From Leptolyngbyaceae cyanobacterium (GTDB lineage: Bacteria; Cyanobacteriota; Cyanobacteriia; Phormidesmidales; Phormidesmidaceae), in contig CBDHHL010000032.1 in NCBI GenBank assembly GCA_965263355.1, forward strand, positions 2,016,001 to 2,080,000: a stretch of DNA of 64,000 nt. The letters are read 5' to 3'. The notes under the pieces are model-generated. The model made no database searches, was not told the DNA's origin, and was given only the letters and a program-made list of their open reading frames with translations. The position numbers were made by a program, and so were the translations under genes. This document shows, in pieces, positions 9,764 to 20,400 of the stretch. The first letter of the stretch is position 1; each line of letters begins with the position of its first letter.

Positions 9764-12694
9764 TCAGGATTTTGTATGACTAATCGCTACATCAATTGGA
9801 ATTGAAAGTAAGGCATGGATCAAGTCAAGATACTGCTGGCCCAGCTTTTGAATGGTATGGGCATGGTGGAAGTTTTGTGAATATTCAATTTCTAGCTGCA
9901 GGGTACCTTCAGAAATTGAAAAGAAGAATTCTAGGAGCGTGGTTCGTTTTTGCTCAGGCAGGGCTAAACGGCGATCGCGTTCGGCTTGATTAAATTCAAA
10001 GGTGTCAGAATCTGGTAACGAACGATTGCCTAGATAGTTAGCTCTGATGGGGGTGAGTTTTTCATCAGGGTAGAGATGGGTCGGCAGTCGATCGGCAATC
10101 CAGTCGTAGGTGATGCCGTTCATGGGGAGTTCTGTAAACTGTTGCCCAATTTTTTCGACCAGGGTCTGCCAACTGTCGGTCGAGCTAATATTTAAGCCAA
10201 GTGGGACGTTTACGGCAAAATTTCCAAAGCTTTGCCAGAATACTTGATTATCTCCCAGGTCTCGACCGTGGCTGCGGTGGCTAATTACAACCCATTCTGT
10301 TTGAGCCCAGTTAGCCATCAGTTTATATAAGGGTGCCAGTAGTAGCGAGTAAACGTTACCTTGAAAACGTTGTTTAGCATCTCGCAACAGGGTTTCGGTG
10401 GTTGCTGATGACAGCTGAAATAGTTCACTGGCTGCCGAGCCTTCAATATTACTGTCTCTTGGGAGCTGATCGTAGGGAAACTTAAAGCTTTGAGCTGCTG
10501 TCGGGAATTGATTTTTCCAATAGTCTAAGTGACTGGCTAGTTGACCCTGTTGATCAGCGGCTTGTAGCTGCTGAAGATAGCTAAGATAGGTTGTCTCCAC
10601 ATCGGTCTGGGGAGATGGCCCATGGTTGAGTTGTTCATAGGTGGCCCAAAGGTCCTGGAACAAGACATTGCCTGCTAGTAAATCAGCGATCATATGGTGG
10701 GCAACCATGACAATGTCGTAGCAGGTTTCGTGCACTTTCATCACCAGCAGGTTAAATAGTGGCCACTGGTCTAAGCGTAAACGCTCTATAGCCTGTTGAA
10801 TTTTGAATTCAATGTAGCGATCGCATTGTTCTGGCGCAAAACAGCTACCGTCGCTAAAGGTGATGTTGACATCGGCAGGTGGGGGCAGAACCTTTTGTTG
10901 CCATTGCTCATTTGTTTGGGTAAACACCGTGCGCAGGGCCGGATGACGAACAACCACCTGTTTAAAGGCCTGGGTAAACTGGGCTGCATCCAGTGCCCTT
11001 TGGTAACGAAACCGAGTATAGCCTGCCCATTGATAGGGCGGTTCAAAATAATTGACTATCCAGCGCTGGGCTGGGGCCAGAGGAAAGCTATCAATGTTGT
11101 TATCGGCTGATGGGGTTGACGGCTGAGCCTGGATCGCCAGCAAGGCCTTACGATCCAATTTACCATTGTGATTTTTGGGCAGACTGGGAAGCCACTCAAT
11201 CCGCTGAGGCACCATATAATGAGGCAGCTTTTGGGCGACAAACGCTTTAATTTCTCTCACCGATGTGGTTTGACCGGCCAACCAGGCCACCAGTCGTTTT
11301 TTGCCTTCCTCATAATCCACCGCCAACACCGCCGATTCATTGACAGATGGGTGTTGGGTTAACACATTTTCAATTTCCCCCAGCTCTACCCGAAACCCGC
11401 GAATTTTGACCTGGTGATCAATCCGACCATGGTACTCAAACGTACCATCGGGACGTTCTTTAGCTAAATCTCCAGAACGGTAGAGAGTGTCCCCAGGAAT
11501 GTCGTCAAAGGGATTGGGTTGGAAGGTTTTGGCAGTCTTCTCAGGATTTTTAAGATAGCCCTTGGCCAGCTGCACACCCCCGATCCAAAGTTCTCCCATT
11601 TCACCCTGGGGAACGGGGCGTTTCTCAGCATCCAGAATGCGGATATAAACATTGTCGATGGCCTTGCCAATGGGGATACTCCCCTCAGGACGGGATTCGA
11701 TTAGATGGGCGGTAACATCAATGGAGGCTTCCGTGGGACCGTATAAATTGGCCAACCCGGTGGCCATGCCATGCTGATCAATCCATTGTTGGATAAAGGC
11801 AGCAGGTAAGGCTTCACCACTAAAAATCAACCAGCGCAGATCGGGAAAATCCCAGGACTCATTGACCAGAGCATTGATAAATTCGCCAAACAGGGAGGGA
11901 ACAAAGTGCATCACCTGGATGCGAGTGGTCTTCATCCATTGGGCAAACTCCCAGGGGTTGAGCACAATTTCTCGCTTAACTGGGCAAATGGTGGCCCCTT
12001 CCATCAATGTCCAAAACAGTTCCCAGACAGAAATGTCAAAACAGAAGGAGGTTTTTTGGGCCACTCGATCGCCGGGGCGGAGCTGGAAGGCTTTTTGCAT
12101 CCATTCAAGACGATTCATATAGCCCTGGTGGTTCAGCATTACCCCTTTGGGACGCCCCGTTGACCCCGATGTGTAGAGAACGGTCATCAGATCGTCTGGA
12201 TCTTGGTCGACCAATGGAGCTGTGGTGGCAGCGATGGACCAGGTGTCTGGAAGAATTTGCTCAATCGCTTGGGGAAGTTCAATCGGGGCTCCGTTATCTA
12301 ACAACACCATGGCACGTAGCTGCAGTGGTTCTGCTAAACAGGTGGTTAAGGTATCAGCAACGCCATGTTCACTCAACAACAGTTGAATTTCGGCATGGTC
12401 AAGAATATAGCGGATGCGATCAGCGGGATAGGCCGGATCTAAGGGAACGTAGGCTCCACCTGCTTTAAGAATACCGAGAATGGCAATTACCATTAGGGGG
12501 CCCCGCTGGGTGATCACCCCCACCCGGCTGTTGCGGCCCACCCCCTGGGTGCGCAAATAGTTGGCCACCTGGTTAGAACGGCGGTCGAGCTGGGCGTAGG
12601 TCAACGGCTGATCGGCTTGGAGGACAGCGATCTCATCTGGCGTTTGATGGGCCTGGGCAACAATCTTAAGGTAGGGAATTTCCAGTTTTGACAT
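9764..12694 (-). CDS. NRPS, A-C architecture without carrier domain; A domain predicted Ser
   Basis: A motifs YTSGSTGRPKG, NLYGPTE, YRSGDL, GKLDRKAL followed directly by C1 (FPLAPAQ) and HHMIAD. Manually read specificity residues DIWHISLIDK resemble the Ser code. Confidence 0.92.
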   Translation of the reverse strand: MSKLEIPYLKIVAQAHQTPDEIAVLQADQPLTYAQLDRRSNQVANYLRTQGVGRNSRVGVITQRGPLMVIAILGILKAGGAYVPLDPAYPADRIRYILDHAEIQLLLSEHGVADTLTTCLAEPLQLRAMVLLDNGAPIELPQAIEQILPDTWSIAATTAPLVDQDPDDLMTVLYTSGSTGRPKGVMLNHQGYMNRLEWMQKAFQLRPGDRVAQKTSFCFDISVWELFWTLMEGATICPVKREIVLNPWEFAQWMKTTRIQVMHFVPSLFGEFINALVNESWDFPDLRWLIFSGEALPAAFIQQWIDQHGMATGLANLYGPTEASIDVTAHLIESRPEGSIPIGKAIDNVYIRILDAEKRPVPQGEMGELWIGGVQLAKGYLKNPEKTAKTFQPNPFDDIPGDTLYRSGDLAKERPDGTFEYHGRIDHQVKIRGFRVELGEIENVLTQHPSVNESAVLAVDYEEGKKRLVAWLAGQTTSVREIKAFVAQKLPHYMVPQRIEWLPSLPKNHNGKLDRKALLAIQAQPSTPSADNNIDSFPLAPAQRWIVNYFEPPYQWAGYTRFRYQRALDAAQFTQAFKQVVVRHPALRTVFTQTNEQWQQKVLPPPADVNITFSDGSCFAPEQCDRYIEFKIQQAIERLRLDQWPLFNLLVMKVHETCYDIVMVAHHMIADLLAGNVLFQDLWATYEQLNHGPSPQTDVETTYLSYLQQLQAADQQGQLASHLDYWKNQFPTAAQSFKFPYDQLPRDSNIEGSAASELFQLSSATTETLLRDAKQRFQGNVYSLLLAPLYKLMANWAQTEWVVISHRSHGRDLGDNQVFWQSFGNFAVNVPLGLNISSTDSWQTLVEKIGQQFTELPMNGITYDWIADRLPTHLYPDEKLTPIRANYLGNRSLPDSDTFEFNQAERDRRLALPEQKRTTLLEFFFSISEGTLQLEIEYSQNFHHAHTIQKLGQQYLDLIHALLSIPIDVAISHTKS

Positions 12695-12770
12695 CGGTTT
12701 TTATTTCCTTAATCTCTATTTTCTAAAAACAGCAGCAAACAAAGTCTGGGGAGTACATTGCAACCTAGGG

Positions 12771-15700
12771 TTAACCCATGACAAAGGTTGTTATTTGTAA
12801 GGTTTGTCCCATCTCGTGCAGACTGCGACAGCTTAGTAAAGCTTTGCGATCGACCGTTCCCCACTGTTTTTCTAACTGGGTAACAATGCGAATGCGTTCT
12901 AGAGAATCAAACCCAAGGTCGGCCTCAAGATCGAGGGTCATATCCTGGGGACTGATGGGCATATGACACACTGCGGTGGCCACCTGTTGCAACAGGGTTA
13001 AGATTTTCTCATCTACTGGTAAGGTTGTTGCGGTCTCTGGTTTTGCTGCGGGTGGACTGGTTTCAGCCAAGGCTTTAAGTTCAGCTTGATAGGCCTGCAT
13101 CAGCTGATCAATGGCTCCACCACTAAAGAAACTCCGGTCGTAGCTCACAAATAGATGTAGCTGATCATCAAAAATCTCTTGCAGAATGTCGAGAATGCCT
13201 GCCGCGTTAATGCCGCCAGCCTGATAGTCAATCACGCTCAGGTTACCGTACTGGCCTTGCAGTCGAGTATGACCGGTGTAGGGAAGATATACATTGGCCT
13301 TAATCGCTTCATGGAAGAGAGAAAGACTATAGTCAGGCACTCGACCCTCTTCCAGGGGCACATGATCCTTGAACGTGAGACCCATTTTTTCAGTTTGGGC
13401 CCGGTCAATACCGCTGGTTAAGGCCGTCTGAATGGTTTCATGGGTGCGCAACAGCAGTTGTTGCCAACTCTCCTGGGGGTGAACCCGGGCAAAACTAAGG
13501 GCCAGGTTTTGAGCAAAGCTACTCACCTGATGGGAGGCATCCACCTGGGGATAAATCCGTCCACTGGTGGGCATTTGCAAAATCATCTGGGCGCTTTCGC
13601 GATCGCACTGACTTAGTGCCCGTAAAAAAGCCCCAATCAACAACGAGTTCAACGGCAGCCGCCATTCACGGGTACGGGCAATCAATTGGGTGGTGATGCG
13701 CCGCTCTAGATGGTAGGGCTGGCTTTGATACTGGGGGATGGCAAAGCAAAACGGCTGAGCGTTTGGGTTCCAATAGTAGGTGGCTTGCCCCTGCCGCTCA
13801 ATGTAATCCTCTAGAGCCTGTTCCGCCTGGGGATCCACCTTGGCATTCATGGCGGTAACGGTGGCAGCATAGTCAGTCAGGCTGGTAGCCGGGGGCAAAT
13901 CGGGGGGTTCACCCAGGCTGCGGGCGCGATAGATTTCTAAAAATTCATGGAGAATGATGTGATTGCCCAACCCATCTGAAATCAGATGCTCGTTACCTAA
14001 AAACAGCTGATAGACAGATTCTTGCAGCTGCATGACAGAAAATTGATGGAGTGGCCACTGGGTCAAGGGCCAAGCATGGTTAAGCCAACGCTGGCGTTCG
14101 GCAGCAAGGGCACTGGCCTGGGTCTTGGGAGTCAGCTGCCGCAAATCGGTATAGCCAATCTTAGGTAGCTGGGGTTGCTTAAGCACCTCCAGGCGATAGT
14201 CATGAAAACGCTCGGCCTGGGCTGGAACCCGAAAACGCGATCGCAGCATCGGATGGCGCTCAATCAAATCTTGCCAGCTTTGCTGGGCAATATCTAAATC
14301 GAACGGTCCTGCCAGCCGCACGGTGGCAAAGAGACTGTTGCCATTAACTAACCCATGGCCAATTAGGTGAAAATATTGACCGTGTAAAAGCTCGATAGTC
14401 TGGGCATCGCTGTCTTTTGCTGACTCTAATGCTGTTGATGATGTGTCAACCTTAGGCGCAGTATCGGTGTCGGTGCCAGACGCTTGCCAGGGTGCCAACA
14501 GATCGATCACTGCCTGCAAATGGGGGAGCTGTAGTAAATCCCGGAGGGAAACTTGTTTTTGAAAATCGGCTTGGGCGGTTTTGGGAATCAGCTTAAACAG
14601 ACCATTCATTAATTGGGTCAACATAATTGAATCAAGACCCAACTCCCCTTCTAAAGTCTGAGTTAACCCAATCCGCTGTTGGGGTAGCCCAGTGATGTCC
14701 GCTGTCAGGGTTAATACCCGCTGTTCCAGACTGACGGATGTATCTTTTGCAGGTAAGGCCGATAACTCTGCTTGAACCGCTACTTGGGTAGGCAATTCGT
14801 CAGGTAAATCCACCCAATAGCGCTGACGCTGAAACGGATAGGTGGGAAGTGCTCGACGCTGCCGTGGGTAGTCATGGTCAAATGCTTTCCAATCGATATC
14901 CAGACCTTGGCTGTTGAGCATTGCCAAACTGTTTAGCAGCACGGACCAATCGGACTGACCGTTGCGTAAGGATGGTAGTGCCCGGTTTCCATCGGTCCTT
15001 ATCCGGTTGATTAACTTGTTGTCAGGGCCAATTTCAATATAGAGCTGACAGCCTTGGTTCTGGAGTGTGGCCAGGGCGGTTTCAAAGACATCAGTCGCCT
15101 GAACCTGTTGTTGCCAATAGCGTCCCTGAGCCAGGTCAACAGCGCTAGCGATTTGTCCCGTAACACTGGATATCAGCTGAAACTGCAGGCCCTGGTAGGT
15201 AAGGTTGGAGGCACGTTGCCCAAAGGCATTTAACAAGGTTTGACGGGACTCAGCATTGCCAGACTCCTCCCACTGGTGCATTAGCTGAGCACGTTCTACC
15301 ACTAACTTGAGAGCATCATCCAGGCTCAAGAGTCCAGCCGCACAGGCTGCAGCATATTCTCCCACCCCTTGGCCAAAGACATAGTCGGGGCGTACACCCC
15401 AAGCTTGCCAAAGCTGATAAAGGGCATATTCAATGGCAAACACCGCTGGCTGAGCATAGGCAGGCTGGTTAATTAACTGTTCCTGGGCGATAGAGGACGG
15501 ATAAAGAACATTCAGCAGGGATTGGGCAAAATGAGATCGCAACCCTGCTTCACAGGCTAATAGGGCCTGGCGGAATGTAGGCTGTGCTTCATAAAGCTGA
15601 CGACCCATATGAGCATAGGCTGCAGCGTCACCGGTAAACAGAAATGCCACATGGGTGTTTTGAGCCTTGCCCGTGTAAACCCCTGACCCTAGCTGGCCAT

Positions 15701-17357
15701 TGCTAAAGTCGGCTAGCTGTTGGCTCAATTGTTCTGACGAAGCGGCCACTGCACACAGGCGATGGTCAAAACGGGCACGGGTGGTATTGGCACTAAAACA
15801 AAGGTCTGCCAGGGGCATCTCCGGCTGGGTCAGCAACTGTACCTCATAGCGACTGGCTAGCTGTCGTAGGGCGGTCTCGCTGCGGGCAGAAAGGGTCAAT
15901 AGGTGCAATGGGCGATCGACCTCAGCCACGGGTGTCGTCGGTTGGAACGGGGCTTCTTCGACCACGATATGGGCATTGGTCCCACTGACCCCAAATCCAC
16001 TCAGCCCTGCCCGACGAGGCTGCTCAGCTCTGGGCCAGGGAGTCAGCTGGGTGGGCACCTGAATCGGTAATTGCGTCCAGGGAATATGGGGATTGGGATT
16101 GTTGAAATGTAGATGGGGAGGAATTGCCTGGTTTTGCAGGGAAAGTACCAGCTTGATCAAACCTGCTACACCCGCTGCCGATTCCAAATGGCCCACATTG
16201 GTCTTTGCTGCACCCACCAGCAAGGGCTGATCCCGAGAACGGGTCTTACATAGCTCAGCCGCAAGCGCCTCGATCTCAATCGGATCTCCCAGGGACGTGC
16301 CAGTGCCGTGGGCCTCTACATAGCTGATGTCTTCAGGGCTGACCCCACCATTGGCCAGGGCCTGACGAATGACCGCCCTCTGGGCCGGACCATTGGGCAC
16401 CGTGAGACCACTACTGGGGCCATCTTGATTAACGGCAGAACCGCGAATCACAGCCAAAATTGGATCCCCCTGGGCAATCGCATCGCTCAGCCGTTTGAGT
16501 ACCACCAGACCGCACCCTTCTCCTCGGGCAAACCCATCGGCGGCTTGATCAAAGGTCTTACAACGGCCATCCTGGGCAAGCATTCTAGCTCGACTAGCGG
16601 CCACAAACCCATCTGGAGATAAGGCTAAATTTACTCCACCGGCCAGGGCTAAATCGCACTCTCGCTGCCGCAGACTTTGACAGGCCAGATGTACGGTTAC
16701 CAAGGATGATGAACAGGCCGTATCGACGGCCATACTGGGTCCCTGTAGCCCCAGGGTGTAGGACAGACGCCCCGCCGCCGCATTGAGATGGTTACCGGTA
16801 ATGCTGTAGGCATCAATGGCCGTGCGATCGGCAGCCCGTGTCTGCATTTGTAGATAGTCGTTAATGGTGACCCCCACAAAGACGCCACCGCGACTGCCTC
16901 TGAGCATCTCTGGTTGTAGGCCAGCATGCTCGATGGCCTCCCAGGCAACTTCCAGCAGTAGCCGCTGTTGCGGATCTAGATGAATAGCCTCCCGAGGGGG
17001 AAGGCCAAAAAACGCTGGATCAAACTGGTCAACATTGCGCAGAAATCCCCCCCTAGACACATACATCTTGCCGGGTTGATCCGGGTCTTCCCCATAGAGC
17101 TGGTCGAGATCCCACCCCCGCTCAGCGGGCACTGTCGTAGTGGCATCAATACCATTGGCCAGCAGCGACCAAAACATCTCTGGACTATTAACATTTCCCG
17201 GCAATCGACAGCCCATTCCGACAACGGCCAATGGTTCTGTCTGTCTACTCTCTAAGGATGCAAGCTTAGCTCGCATCTCTCGCATGGCTAACAGCGCAGT
17301 CTTTAAACGATCTTTTTGATCATTGGGTTGGGCACTGGAGGGGGAAGCGGTATTCAT
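12771..17357 (-). CDS. Hybrid PKS-NRPS: KS-AT(inactive)-ACP-C-T
   Basis: KS DTACSSS/HGTGT/KTNVGH; AT GQGVGE lacks catalytic Ser; ACP LGLDSI; C domain EHLISDG; terminal carrier LGFDSL. Likely start MNTAS at 17357. Confidence 0.92.
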   Translation of the reverse strand: MNTASPSSAQPNDQKDRLKTALLAMREMRAKLASLESRQTEPLAVVGMGCRLPGNVNSPEMFWSLLANGIDATTTVPAERGWDLDQLYGEDPDQPGKMYVSRGGFLRNVDQFDPAFFGLPPREAIHLDPQQRLLLEVAWEAIEHAGLQPEMLRGSRGGVFVGVTINDYLQMQTRAADRTAIDAYSITGNHLNAAAGRLSYTLGLQGPSMAVDTACSSSLVTVHLACQSLRQRECDLALAGGVNLALSPDGFVAASRARMLAQDGRCKTFDQAADGFARGEGCGLVVLKRLSDAIAQGDPILAVIRGSAVNQDGPSSGLTVPNGPAQRAVIRQALANGGVSPEDISYVEAHGTGTSLGDPIEIEALAAELCKTRSRDQPLLVGAAKTNVGHLESAAGVAGLIKLVLSLQNQAIPPHLHFNNPNPHIPWTQLPIQVPTQLTPWPRAEQPRRAGLSGFGVSGTNAHIVVEEAPFQPTTPVAEVDRPLHLLTLSARSETALRQLASRYEVQLLTQPEMPLADLCFSANTTRARFDHRLCAVAASSEQLSQQLADFSNGQLGSGVYTGKAQNTHVAFLFTGDAAAYAHMGRQLYEAQPTFRQALLACEAGLRSHFAQSLLNVLYPSSIAQEQLINQPAYAQPAVFAIEYALYQLWQAWGVRPDYVFGQGVGEYAAACAAGLLSLDDALKLVVERAQLMHQWEESGNAESRQTLLNAFGQRASNLTYQGLQFQLISSVTGQIASAVDLAQGRYWQQQVQATDVFETALATLQNQGCQLYIEIGPDNKLINRIRTDGNRALPSLRNGQSDWSVLLNSLAMLNSQGLDIDWKAFDHDYPRQRRALPTYPFQRQRYWVDLPDELPTQVAVQAELSALPAKDTSVSLEQRVLTLTADITGLPQQRIGLTQTLEGELGLDSIMLTQLMNGLFKLIPKTAQADFQKQVSLRDLLQLPHLQAVIDLLAPWQASGTDTDTAPKVDTSSTALESAKDSDAQTIELLHGQYFHLIGHGLVNGNSLFATVRLAGPFDLDIAQQSWQDLIERHPMLRSRFRVPAQAERFHDYRLEVLKQPQLPKIGYTDLRQLTPKTQASALAAERQRWLNHAWPLTQWPLHQFSVMQLQESVYQLFLGNEHLISDGLGNHIILHEFLEIYRARSLGEPPDLPPATSLTDYAATVTAMNAKVDPQAEQALEDYIERQGQATYYWNPNAQPFCFAIPQYQSQPYHLERRITTQLIARTREWRLPLNSLLIGAFLRALSQCDRESAQMILQMPTSGRIYPQVDASHQVSSFAQNLALSFARVHPQESWQQLLLRTHETIQTALTSGIDRAQTEKMGLTFKDHVPLEEGRVPDYSLSLFHEAIKANVYLPYTGHTRLQGQYGNLSVIDYQAGGINAAGILDILQEIFDDQLHLFVSYDRSFFSGGAIDQLMQAYQAELKALAETSPPAAKPETATTLPVDEKILTLLQQVATAVCHMPISPQDMTLDLEADLGFDSLERIRIVTQLEKQWGTVDRKALLSCRSLHEMGQTLQITTFVMG

Positions 17358-17432
17358 AGCATTGGCCAAGGAAACGTCAGGTGAACAAAAGCAAGAAAAC
17401 AACGAGGCTAATTTAGAAAGCTACAGCGATGG

Positions 17433-20400
17433 TTATGGATTGCTAAAGGCAGCTAGCTCCTCATCCAAGAGTGCGGCCAATTCATCTTCAGACAGGTTTT
17501 CTAACTCGGTGGCGGTTTCAACAACCGGTTCGACGACGGGCTCGACAACATCAGCCACCGACTCGATTTCAAGGACTTCTCGGGCCAGATAGTCCGCCAG
17601 ACTTTCTATGTCGGGATAGTTAAATGCCAGGGTAGAACTGAGGGTTTTGCCAAACCCTTTCTCTAGCTGTCCCTTGAGGTCAACAGCCATCAATGAATCT
17701 AAACCGAGTTCAGTAAACCCTTGACGAATACCAATGGAGGTTGATGGAGGCAACCGCAGGACATGGGCCACTTCGCCCTTGAGATAATCGATCAAATAGG
17801 CTTTTCGCTGACTGGCTGGGATGTTTTCTAGACCTTGTAAAAAGGCAGAGGGACCGGTTTCAACGGACTCAGTCTCTGCATTAGTCTCTGCATTACCCAG
17901 GTTAGTGAGCAGAGAGCGGGCTCCCTTAATCTCGTAGACTGGTTTAAAGCGAGTCCAATCAACTTGGGCAGCGGTGATTTGAGCCTTTGGCTGAGCCATT
18001 AAGGCTGCCATTAACTCTAACGCCGCTTGAGGTGGCCATGCTTCGATGCCCACCCGCTGTAGCAGTGCTTGGATCTCATCGGAGGCCATTCCCCCTTCGG
18101 CCCAGGGTCCCCAGTTGATACTGACAGCGGGTTGCCCCAGGGCTCGACGATGGTGGGCGATCGCATCTAAAAATGCATTACCAGCAGCATAGTGGGCCTG
18201 ACCAAACGACCCCCAAACCGAGGCAATGGAAGAGAAACATACAAATTGTTCCAGGGGCATTGCCTGGGATAGTTTGTGGAGATTCCAGGTCCCTAACAAC
18301 TTGGGACGCATAATATCCTGCAGCTGTTGACGACTCATATCAGTCAGCGGCTGTTCGGCCACTACCCCAGCGGCATGAAAAATCCCCTTGAGTGTCTGGT
18401 CTGACTGACTCAGCTGTTCAAAGGCAGCTACCATTTGCCCCCAGTCGCTAACATCGGCCTGCAATACGTCTACCTGGGCTCCTTTGGCCTCTAGGGCTTC
18501 GACAGCCTGTACTCGCTTAGCAAGTTTGTTGTTAGCAGTCAAGTTGAGCCATTGGGCTCTGTCCGGCAATGCAGTCCGCCCCAAAAGTTTCAAGTGAGTT
18601 GCCCCTTGATCCACGAGCCAGTGAGCCACTGCCATGCCCAAGCTGCCAAACCCGCCGGTAATTAAGTAACAGCTATTGGCAACGGGTTTAAAGGGCAACG
18701 CATTGGACGGAGTCGTTGGGGTTAGTCGTGCGGTATAAATCTGTCCATGGCGAATGGCTAGATAGTCTTCTCCTGCATCGGATTGGATCAGACGTAGAAG
18801 ACTATCTGCCGAGGACATCAGTAAATCGACGGCAGGATCTAAGTCCACCAAGCCCCCCCATAGGGTAGGGTGCTCCAATGGCAACACTCGACCCAGACCC
18901 CACAGGGGGGATTGGGCCAGGGCTACGGGTTGGTCGGGGGAGAGCGACTGCGCCCCTTGCGTAACCAGCCAGATTTCTGGTGTCACGTCGGTCTGTTGGG
19001 CCAGGGCCTGCACCAGGGGGGGAATGCTACTGGTGCTAAGAACTTGAGCCATTTCTAAATCAGCCCAATCCGCCGCATCTAGGTCTAAGCTCCACAGGTG
19101 AACAACCCCACGACAGGGCTGAGCCGCTAACAGGGATTGGACCTGGGCAGCAAAATTTTCAGTCTCAGCTGGATTAAGCGTGTACTCAATGGATTCAGTC
19201 GAGTCATGGGCATAGATTAATTTGCATGTTGCGCCCTGGGTCCTCAGTTGATGAGCTAGGGCCTGCCCCACCCCCTGACGGTCTGCAAAAATTAGCCAGT
19301 GACCGGTGACTGACTTTGCTTTATCGGTCACTGGCGATGCTGTTTGCCAGAGGATTTCATAGAGGGCATTGTCGAGGCCAATGGCCCGCTTAGACTGGCC
19401 ATTGGCCGCTGAGGAGCCGGTCCAAGCAGGATTGGCCATTTCAACCCAGTAGCGACTGCGCTGGAAGGGATAGGTGGGTAAGCTAACGGGGACTTGTGGA
19501 GTTGTTTCCACCGCTGACCATTTAATGGTAAATCCCTTACACCATAGAGTTCCCAGGCTAGAGAGAAGATGGGGCCAGGGGGCTTGTCCCCGTCGCAGTG
19601 AGGGCAGCCAAGTACCCTGGCCTGAGGCCCAACACTGTCTGCCCATTCCCAGTAAAACTGGATGGGGACCAACTTCTAAAAACAGGTCATAGCCTTGCTG
19701 AGCAAAGGTTTCCATGGCGGTGGCAAAGTTGACGGACTGGCGCACCTGTCGCCGCCAGTAGTCGGGCTGAGTGACCTCATGGGTGACCAATTGCCCGGTC
19801 ACACTGGACACCATGGGGATTTTGGGTGGGTTTAAGGTAATTGCCGCCGCCTGGTGTTGAAACGCCTCCAACATGGGGGTCATTAATGAGGAATGGAAGG
19901 CGTGGGAAACATGCAGCGGATGCACATCGATACCCTGGGCTACAAATTGATCGAGTACCGCTTGCACCGCGTCGCCAACACCTGAAATAACAATATTTTG
20001 GGGACCGTTGATGGCGGCGATCGCAATGTTCTCTTCATAGGCAGCAATTACCTGATGCACCTGCTCCTGAGGGGCAATAATGGCGGCCATCTGTCCCCCA
20101 GCGGGCAAGGCCTGCATCAGGCGACCCCGTTCAACAATGAGCTTGAGGCCATCTTCTAAGCTGTAGACCCCTGCCACATAGGCAGCGACATATTCTCCAA
20201 TGCTGTGGCCCAAGACGATGTCAGGCTTTACGCCCCAGGACCGCCACAGTTTATATAGGGCATACTCAATGGCAAATAGGGCTGGCTGGGTATAGGCGGT
20301 TTGGTTGAGGGGAGAAGACTCGCCTGCAGGGGGATAGATAACAGAAAGAATAGAGTCTCCCTGCAATAGGGGTTGGAGAATGCGATCGCATTGCTCCATG

